Below, one piece after another: positions 39,426 through 46,415 of a stretch of DNA of 64,000 nt. Below the pieces are notes generated by a model. It was not told where the DNA came from and searched no databases. It saw only the letters and a program-made list of their open reading frames with translations. The stretch is from positions 20,509-84,508 of the forward strand of contig JAIORP010000197.1 of NCBI GenBank assembly GCA_021108075.1, given 5' to 3'. Position 1 is the stretch's first letter; every line of letters starts with the position of its first letter. This stretch comes from Candidatus Omnitrophota bacterium. Lineage in GTDB: Bacteria; Omnitrophota; Gorgyraeia; Zapsychrales; Zapsychraceae. A program made the translations under genes and the position numbers.

Positions 39426-40861
39426 ATATCGCAGAGACGATCGTTGGAAAAAAAAACGGTCCATTAAATAAAACCGCCATCATTGATCAGGATCAGACGA
39501 TCACATACGAAACATTGTTCAAAGAGGTCGCGTTGTTACGTGCTGAACTCTCAGCCCTGGGCGTGTCTGATTACAAAAAAGTAGCTCTTTACGCGGAGGA
39601 TAGCATTGAGTACATTATTGTCTCTCTGGCGGTTCTTTTATGTAACGGGGTTATTGTGCCGGTCTCACCTTCTCTCGCGTGGGATGAAGCACAGAATGTT
39701 ATGGACGCGATAGATGTCCATTTCTTAATAGCGGCAGAAAAGATCGGATTTCATAAAAAGCTTACGAGATTAAAAACAATCAAATGCAATCGACGAGAAA
39801 TGTCATTTTACCGGAGAGCAATTAAAAACGAGGCCCCAAAAGAGTATTACGCTCTTAATCCCGCGTTTATCCGGTTTTCATCCGGGACGACAGGCGCGAG
39901 CAAGGGGGTTGTCCTGTCTCATGATTCCATTATTGAAAGAATAGACGCGGCCAACAAAGGATTAAATATAACAGAATGTGATCATATCATTTGGGTTTTA
40001 TCCATGACGTATCATTTTGTTGTGACGATACTCCTTTTTTTACGTGAAAGAGCGACGATCATTCTTTGTGAGAAGGAATTCCCTTTTACTTTATTTGATG
40101 CACTAAAAAAATACAGCTGTACATTTCTTTATGCTTCACCTTTCCACTATCGGATGATCTCCCTGGACAAGCAGACACTTAGAGGAAAACTGTCAAATAT
40201 TCGTTTAGCAATTTCCACAGCTGTTGAGTTCAGCAAAGAAGAAATTGGTCTGTTCCATGACGCGTTTGGATGCGCGGTTAAAGAAGCATATGGAATCATC
40301 GAAGTGGGGTTGCCCTTTATAAATTTGAGCCATGATCTTAAGGCCAGGGGTTCCGTCGGAAAAATCCTACCGGATTATGACATTCAAATTTTAAATAAGG
40401 ACGACGAAGGTGTAGGGGCCATCTATTTGCGGGGAAAAGGGATGTTTGACGCGTATTATTCTCCATGGAAAATGAGAGAGAAGGTTCTGGTTGACGGGTG
40501 GTTTTATACGGGAGATATTGGATTTCTGGATGAAAATAATTATCTCTTTATTAAAGGGCGTGAAAAGAATGTCATTAATTTCTCTGGAATGAAAATCTTT
40601 CCGGCGGAGGTGGAGGCGGTATTAAATTCTCATCCAAAGGTGCGGGAGTCTTTTGTCTACGGGGTTTCGCACCCGGTCTATGGACAACTGCCACAGGCCG
40701 ATGTCATTTGGATCGACGAGTCCCGGAACAGCAATGCCCTCCCGGAATTACGCAAATTCTGTTATGATCATATGGCTTCATATAAAGTTCCAAAAAAAAT
40801 TAGTTTCGTTGATAAAATCAAAAAAACAGCAAGCGGAAAAATATCGAGATCAAACGTTTAA
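39422..40861 (+). CDS. Class I adenylate-forming (acyl-CoA/acyl-ACP) ligase
   Basis: FSSGTTGASKGV, AYGIIE, WFYTGDIG, GREK..I..SGMKIFP.EVE, KTASGK. Confidence 0.9.
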   Translation: MNIAETIVGKKNGPLNKTAIIDQDQTITYETLFKEVALLRAELSALGVSDYKKVALYAEDSIEYIIVSLAVLLCNGVIVPVSPSLAWDEAQNVMDAIDVHFLIAAEKIGFHKKLTRLKTIKCNRREMSFYRRAIKNEAPKEYYALNPAFIRFSSGTTGASKGVVLSHDSIIERIDAANKGLNITECDHIIWVLSMTYHFVVTILLFLRERATIILCEKEFPFTLFDALKKYSCTFLYASPFHYRMISLDKQTLRGKLSNIRLAISTAVEFSKEEIGLFHDAFGCAVKEAYGIIEVGLPFINLSHDLKARGSVGKILPDYDIQILNKDDEGVGAIYLRGKGMFDAYYSPWKMREKVLVDGWFYTGDIGFLDENNYLFIKGREKNVINFSGMKIFPAEVEAVLNSHPKVRESFVYGVSHPVYGQLPQADVIWIDESRNSNALPELRKFCYDHMASYKVPKKISFVDKIKKTASGKISRSNV

Positions 40862-41071
40862 AGTTATCTTTGATCCTTGTCTTATCTCTGTTATTTCTAA
40901 ATGGCTGTTCGCTTCTTCAGCTGCCATGACAATTGTTGGGAAGGGTAATAAATCCCGCGAAAAAACTTCCCTGGTGGATGTGGATTTAACCCACATGTCA
41001 TTGCTAGGATCCTATCGGCTGAGGACTACGTAAAAAAAACACGCATTTGATTATTATTGCCATATTGATTC

Positions 41072-41593
41072 GTGGGGCAGCGCAACAGAGATAGGTCTTT
41101 TATCAGGACGCCCTCTATGCCGGACATCACAATTTTAGCGACACTGGAACATGTCAAGCATGTTTCAACCACGGACGACATTTGGAAATCGAAAAGGACG
41201 GTTACGGAGCGTCAGGCCAACTTTCCGGTTGAGATTCAGGCGCCGGAAAAAGCACCGGCTAAAACAATCCGCAAGAGCATTAGCTGCCCCCAGTGCGGCG
41301 AGGCCTTTGACGTGATCATCCGTTCCCGCATCGACATATGGCTCTCCTGGATTTGGAACGCCCTGCTATGGACGGCCTGGGCCATACCGCTGCTCTTCAT
41401 CATCGGAAAACTGATCAGCCGGTCCATAGAGGAAGGGGACTTGGCCATACTGATCTTACTGGTGCCGCTTGGCTTTATCTACTTGATCCTCCCGACCAAT
41501 ATTGCCCTGCATATGACGGCGAACACCGGCCGGCTGAACTTCACACAAACCAGAAGCTTGGGTGTAGACGGGCACTATCTCTATCAGCGGTAG
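41072..41593 (+). CDS. Hypothetical membrane protein with a CxxC knuckle and two TM helices
   Basis: CPQCGEAF followed by two hydrophobic segments; GC-richer than its neighbours; start may be ATG 41117. Confidence 0.55.
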   Translation: MGQRNRDRSFIRTPSMPDITILATLEHVKHVSTTDDIWKSKRTVTERQANFPVEIQAPEKAPAKTIRKSISCPQCGEAFDVIIRSRIDIWLSWIWNALLWTAWAIPLLFIIGKLISRSIEEGDLAILILLVPLGFIYLILPTNIALHMTANTGRLNFTQTRSLGVDGHYLYQR

Positions 41594-41680
41594 AAGAACC
41601 GATGGAAACGCCGGGTATCTGTAAAAGCCGTAACTATCCTGATTTTCAATGAACCATTTGCAAACACCATCCGGGGATAT

Positions 41681-41793
41681 GTAGATACCCACGGGCGTGC
41701 CCGTGGCACTTAATTAATTTTTGTGCGAGCTTACGCTCGTCGCCCTCTGGGCGAAGGTTGCATTCACCCACGGGCATGCCCGTGGATCTCTGC
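41681..41793. mobile_element. Paired REP-like palindromes; probable non-autonomous IS200/IS605-type remnant
   Basis: CCACGGGCGTGCCCGTGG (41689-41706) and CCACGGGCATGCCCGTGG (41768-41785), with two small hairpins between and no transposase. Confidence 0.6.
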
Positions 41794-41851
41794 TAGCTTT
41801 TAGAATCATCCGATTACAACATAAATTAAAAAGCCTTATTTTGCCCCTCTA

Positions 41852-42379
41852 TCAAAATGTGTGCTCCGCTAATTTGTTGACAAAAGTAACAATGCTTTCC
41901 CACTTATCAGATGGAATTGATTTTTTGAGAATAGATTCTTCTTCCCGCAACAAACGTTTCACACGCTTAGCTTCTAATATGCCTTTATCCAGGGGCATAT
42001 CCTTAGCATTCTTTAAGAAAATATCAATGCGGTCAAAATCGACGGCTGATTTTGAATCAAATTCCTTGCCGCACTGAGGACAAATAGGGGATACAATATG
42101 AACAGGGAGGGAATTCCCCGACGGTATCATAGCTTTAACAGAATCTATGACCTCCTGGTCTTGGACGGGGAGCCATCGGGCACAACATCCGCACACATCA
42201 ATATCACAAACACGACAAGTGCCAATATATGGAGGTGCAGACGTTTTTAATGCGTTTAAATCCGGCGTAACATGTGTAAAAGTCGCATTATACGCGCCTT
42301 GATCGTCGAGTGTCGCGTCATTAATTTGATGACATAAATCACAATAAGCCTTACGAACGTTCTGATTCAAATTTGACAT
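41852..42379 (-). CDS. Cys-rich putative zinc-binding hypothetical protein
   Basis: CDLC, CRVC...VCGCC, CPQC; AAGGA RBS upstream; same strand as and downstream of the STAND gene. Confidence 0.7.
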   Translation of the reverse strand: MSNLNQNVRKAYCDLCHQINDATLDDQGAYNATFTHVTPDLNALKTSAPPYIGTCRVCDIDVCGCCARWLPVQDQEVIDSVKAMIPSGNSLPVHIVSPICPQCGKEFDSKSAVDFDRIDIFLKNAKDMPLDKGILEAKRVKRLLREEESILKKSIPSDKWESIVTFVNKLAEHTF

Positions 42380-42500
42380 AATATCGTCCTTTCCGCTTTA
42401 ATTTATTAGTAATAATTTAATGAGCTTTAACATCACAAAAAAATGTTTGCTTTCATATTGAACCAACTGGAACAGCTTGTTGCGCGTCCGATGATTTCTT

Positions 42501-45500
42501 CTAGACATTGTCTCTTAGATTGTCTTGGACAATCTTAAGATTCTCTGAGATGGTAACCGCATCTGGATGCTCCGGACCGAATTTATTCTTATAAATTTCT
42601 AGCGCGCGTCGATAATATTGTTCCGCTTTAGCGTGCTCACCGCGACTCTGTAGCACCGCCGCTAAATTATTCAGAATATACGCTACTTTCGGATGACAAC
42701 CATCAAATTCTCTTTCCGAAAGAACCAAGGCGCGGGAATATAATGATTGCGCTTCGTTAAGATTGCCCTGGGCCCTTAGGGCATTCGCCACGTTATTTAA
42801 TATCATGATGATATCCGGATGATCGGGACCTAATGATTGTTCGACAAGCTCAAGAGCCCTGCGGTACAAGTATTCCGCCTTACGATATTCACCTTGATCC
42901 TTAAGCGCATTAGCCAGATTATTTAATCCAACAGCATTATCCGGGTGACCGGGCCCCAAAGACTTTTCTGTGATCACTAAAGCCCGGCGGTATAATTGTT
43001 CCGACTCCTTAAGGTTTCCTTGAGACTTACGCAAGCTGGCAAAATTGTTTAAAATTGAGCCGAGGGCCGGATGATCGCCACCCAACGCTCTATCAATAAT
43101 ATCCAATGCCCGTCGATATAAGGGTTCGGCTTCGTCCACTTTACCCTGATCCTTTAATACATTGGCAAGATTGTTTAAACTGACGGCAACTTCCGGATGC
43201 CCTGGGCCTAACAATCTTTCCGTCATCCCTAACGCCTGACGATATAAGGATTCAGCGTTAGAATAGTCACCGATCGCGTAGATGATGTTCGCCAGGCTGC
43301 ATAACACACTTCTAGTGTCAAGATGTTCCGGTCCGGACAATTTTCTTGTAATATCTAATGATCGTTGACAAATTGATTTCGCGTTAGCAGCATCGCCTTT
43401 AAGGTAAAGAATATTGGCAAAATTGTTTAAACAAATGACGGTGTCCGGATGCTCCGTTCCCGCGTTGTTCTCTGTTATGGACAAAGCTCTATTAGCAAAA
43501 AATCCCGCGCTTGAATAATCACCTTGAGCGACAAGCACGCTAGACAAACTATTTAAAAGTCCGACTAAATGAGGATGCTTTCGGCCAAACGCTTTTTCAT
43601 AAACCTTTAATCCAAATGAAAACACTTGATTGGCATACGCGTAATGCCCGCTTTGATATAACAAATCCCCCACACGACAGAAAAAATCCGCAGCGTTGGG
43701 ATGGCTAAGATTCGATTCGATCATCTGCTGGTATTCCACACCCATATTAAAACGTTCGCTTATCAAGAGCCAATACCCCATCAACTCAAGCATTCTTTGA
43801 TCCGTCGAAAGTTTTAAAAACATATCCGGATGGGTTAAACAATTTTTGAGTTGGTCCCAACGTTTTATCTTTGCCACATGCCAGGGCAGTTCATCGACTA
43901 CCCGGGGCGTTAACTCCTGATCAGAAAAGAAAGCGATTAAACGTAAATGCATTTGATATTTAAAATCTTCTGTCCGCGATGAAAGATAACGTGTATTTAC
44001 TGCTTGCCGGAAATAGTCATGCGCGAATCCTATCAACCCACAACGGTAGATTAACGATCTATCCATGGCAAACGCCAAAGGAGACCAGACCGCATGCGCC
44101 AAAGGTTCTTGACCAGCCCCCAATAACGCGAGCAGTTCATGCTCTGATAACCCTTTTCTAGCGGCGTAAATAAGGGAAAGGGATTCTTTGACGAGACCTT
44201 TCTTATCCGTCTCATAGTCAGCCTCATAACGCATCAATATTTTTTCAAACAGTTCTGGAATAGTTTGCGCAGCCAGATAATCATCAATTTTATCGTACAG
44301 TTTTCCGTGTAAACCAAAAACGCGTAACTCCTCTAATAGCGTGCGCAGATACAAAGGATTAGCCGTTTGCCTGGCTTGCGATATCTTTTCAACATAAGCT
44401 GAAGGGAGGGTTTTTCGATAGCGGCCTAAATATTTCTGGATGAGAACTTTGCGGTCTTTTTGCGATATCAAGGGATTGACCTCAAAAATCGGCCAGCCAC
44501 GGCGCTTCAATTCCTCTAAGGTTGTTCCCGGTATCGTCGAAACAATCATACGGACATTTTTAGGAATAACAACGGGCAACCATATTAACTCTAGCGCATG
44601 GTCTGTATCATCCAGATGATTCAGAGCATCCAGGATAATTATACACTTCGCGCGGGCTGCAGCCTTGATTAAAAGATCCCGGAAGGCGGTCCGTAATTTA
44701 ACTTTATCAGAAGGGATTTCCTGTTCGAGAGCTAAACGTGTCTTGAGTTCTTCCATAATCCGGCGAAGCATGATTATCCAGTCCGAGCTGTAAGGCGAGG
44801 ATCCGACAAAATGCATGATCATGTGGTCCCCGGGATTCTTTTCACGATACTCCAACGCCCAATTAGCGAGCAGAGCGGATTTCCCCACACCGGGTTCGCC
44901 GGTCAGGACCAGGGGGGCTTCTCCATTATGAGCGTGCGCGTTCAGACGGGTATAATCTTCCTGTCGCGCGGTGTAAACATCGGCACGGCTTGCAGCGTAA
45001 GCCTCGTGTTCTTCCGCTTCGATGTCTAAGGGGGATTGCTCTGTTCCTACGGGGAACAATTGATTGATGGTCTCCGTCAAATCAGAGAGGACCAATTGAC
45101 CTAATGCTGTCGGATTAAGATAATTCTCACGCACAGGCAAGCCGCTCGCACGGATTTTTTCTTTTAGGTGGGATAATTTTTCGATATCAAGGGTCGATTC
45201 CGAATAAAAATCTTTTTGTTGCTCATCTGGTAAAGTCTGAATGTAGGCCGGATCTCTGAGATAGAAAAATGCGTGTTGGACCATCTCAGGATTAAGGAGG
45301 ACCCCGTGTAAAATTTCTAATTCCGTAACGGATTTGTGATGATGCTCTTTGAGCCACCCTTCTTGTTCCACCAAAGATGGAGATATTTCCTCGGGCACCC
45401 AGCCATACCGCTCACCTAACAGACCGATGAAATACGGCCGACATTTCTTTATTTCTTCTAAACAAATCGGCAGAACTTTGCCTTCCGACTTCTGCTCGTC

Positions 45501-45689
45501 GCTGATACCCCATCGCAAATCAACATCAATAAAAACGATGCCCCGTCGCGCGCACATCTTTCGGATCTGAGGGAAGACACGTTTAATCAGTTCTTCTCTT
45601 TCAGCATGCATATCACGGAAGGTTGAAGATATAAAAATCCGGACGACCCGATTCTTGGCCATATTGTCAGACGCGCTTGGAATTATCAT
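42501..45689 (-). CDS. STAND NTPase: DUF4062 (TIR-like) - NACHT/AAA - TPR repeats (NPHP3/TEP1-like architecture)
   Basis: RIFISSTFRDMHAER..DLRWG..CLEEI..C.PYFIGLLGERYG..SVTELEI; Walker A GEPGVGKS; Walker B IIILDAL; NPLYL; ~9 42-aa repeats of HP....SLNNLA type. Confidence 0.9.
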   Translation of the reverse strand: MIIPSASDNMAKNRVVRIFISSTFRDMHAEREELIKRVFPQIRKMCARRGIVFIDVDLRWGISDEQKSEGKVLPICLEEIKKCRPYFIGLLGERYGWVPEEISPSLVEQEGWLKEHHHKSVTELEILHGVLLNPEMVQHAFFYLRDPAYIQTLPDEQQKDFYSESTLDIEKLSHLKEKIRASGLPVRENYLNPTALGQLVLSDLTETINQLFPVGTEQSPLDIEAEEHEAYAASRADVYTARQEDYTRLNAHAHNGEAPLVLTGEPGVGKSALLANWALEYREKNPGDHMIMHFVGSSPYSSDWIIMLRRIMEELKTRLALEQEIPSDKVKLRTAFRDLLIKAAARAKCIIILDALNHLDDTDHALELIWLPVVIPKNVRMIVSTIPGTTLEELKRRGWPIFEVNPLISQKDRKVLIQKYLGRYRKTLPSAYVEKISQARQTANPLYLRTLLEELRVFGLHGKLYDKIDDYLAAQTIPELFEKILMRYEADYETDKKGLVKESLSLIYAARKGLSEHELLALLGAGQEPLAHAVWSPLAFAMDRSLIYRCGLIGFAHDYFRQAVNTRYLSSRTEDFKYQMHLRLIAFFSDQELTPRVVDELPWHVAKIKRWDQLKNCLTHPDMFLKLSTDQRMLELMGYWLLISERFNMGVEYQQMIESNLSHPNAADFFCRVGDLLYQSGHYAYANQVFSFGLKVYEKAFGRKHPHLVGLLNSLSSVLVAQGDYSSAGFFANRALSITENNAGTEHPDTVICLNNFANILYLKGDAANAKSICQRSLDITRKLSGPEHLDTRSVLCSLANIIYAIGDYSNAESLYRQALGMTERLLGPGHPEVAVSLNNLANVLKDQGKVDEAEPLYRRALDIIDRALGGDHPALGSILNNFASLRKSQGNLKESEQLYRRALVITEKSLGPGHPDNAVGLNNLANALKDQGEYRKAEYLYRRALELVEQSLGPDHPDIIMILNNVANALRAQGNLNEAQSLYSRALVLSEREFDGCHPKVAYILNNLAAVLQSRGEHAKAEQYYRRALEIYKNKFGPEHPDAVTISENLKIVQDNLRDNV

Positions 45690-45710
45690 TAGAAAAAAAC
45701 CCGGTTATGA

Positions 45711-45850
45711 AATCACCTGCTACGGACTTACGTCCGCAGTTTGAAATAAGTAGACAGGAAAAGCCTGTCCGAGTAAAACTGCGACACCACTCTGGTCTTC
45801 GCTTCCATCGGAACCCGATCACCCCCCGTACTCACGTCCGGGGATCTAAA
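45711..45850 (-). ncRNA. Putative structured cis-regulatory RNA/leader upstream of the STAND gene (unclassified)
   Basis: On the minus strand: two GNRA-capped hairpins (CUGCGGAC-GUAA-GUCCGUAG; CCCCGGAC-GUGA-GUACGGGG), a GACAGG/CCUGUC hairpin, and an alternative 8-bp helix. Confidence 0.4.
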
Positions 45851-46415
45851 CCTGAATTAGACTCGTAAAAATATGCCGTTAACATCTTTTGATATCTTGA
45901 GCAAAGAACATTTAGATCTTCATAAATCTTATTGCGGACCAAAATGAAAACCATAATTTCAATCTCCAAGAAAGAATTAAAAAAACATGGTCCAATGTAA
46001 ATCCTAGAGAATGATACAATGTTAGCCCGGTGATATCCCCCCAACAGCTTTACATTATAACAATTATTTTCGATACTATGATATAATTATTTTTTGTACT
46101 GTTTAAATCAAAAATACACATATCTTGAGAGGGATATTCAACATGTCAAACTTCCAAGCATGGAACACCAGACGGATTTTTACAATAAACACATTTTCGG
46201 AGCTATAAAAAGCGCGGAATTTTCTGACGGCATAAGATATCTTCACGGCTTAAACTTGACTTCAACAAAAAAATACTTAACATCTTTTCGGAATAATCAG
46301 TTGTTTCTGTTAAATATTTTTTAGAGCTACAATAAAAGATGACCTGATGAATTACAAAATTATGAATATCAAACGAAACCTGAATTTTACGGAACAATGA
46401 AAGGATCTCTTAACC

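Noticed and set aside
42501-43620. Periodic ~126-bp similarity as a DNA repeat array or DGR target
   Set aside because: Explained by degenerate 42-aa TPR repeats; no reverse transcriptase or TR/VR pair seen.
45780-45820. ykkC/ppGpp-type riboswitch suggested by GGGTTCCG on the minus strand
   Set aside because: The conserved 3' half of the ykkC consensus was not found; kept only as an unclassified structured RNA.
45832-46397. Small ORFs between the STAND and synthetase genes as possible antitoxins
   Set aside because: No clear RBS, mutually overlapping, AT-rich promoter-like DNA with no recognisable motifs; cannot be supported, though not excluded without expression data.
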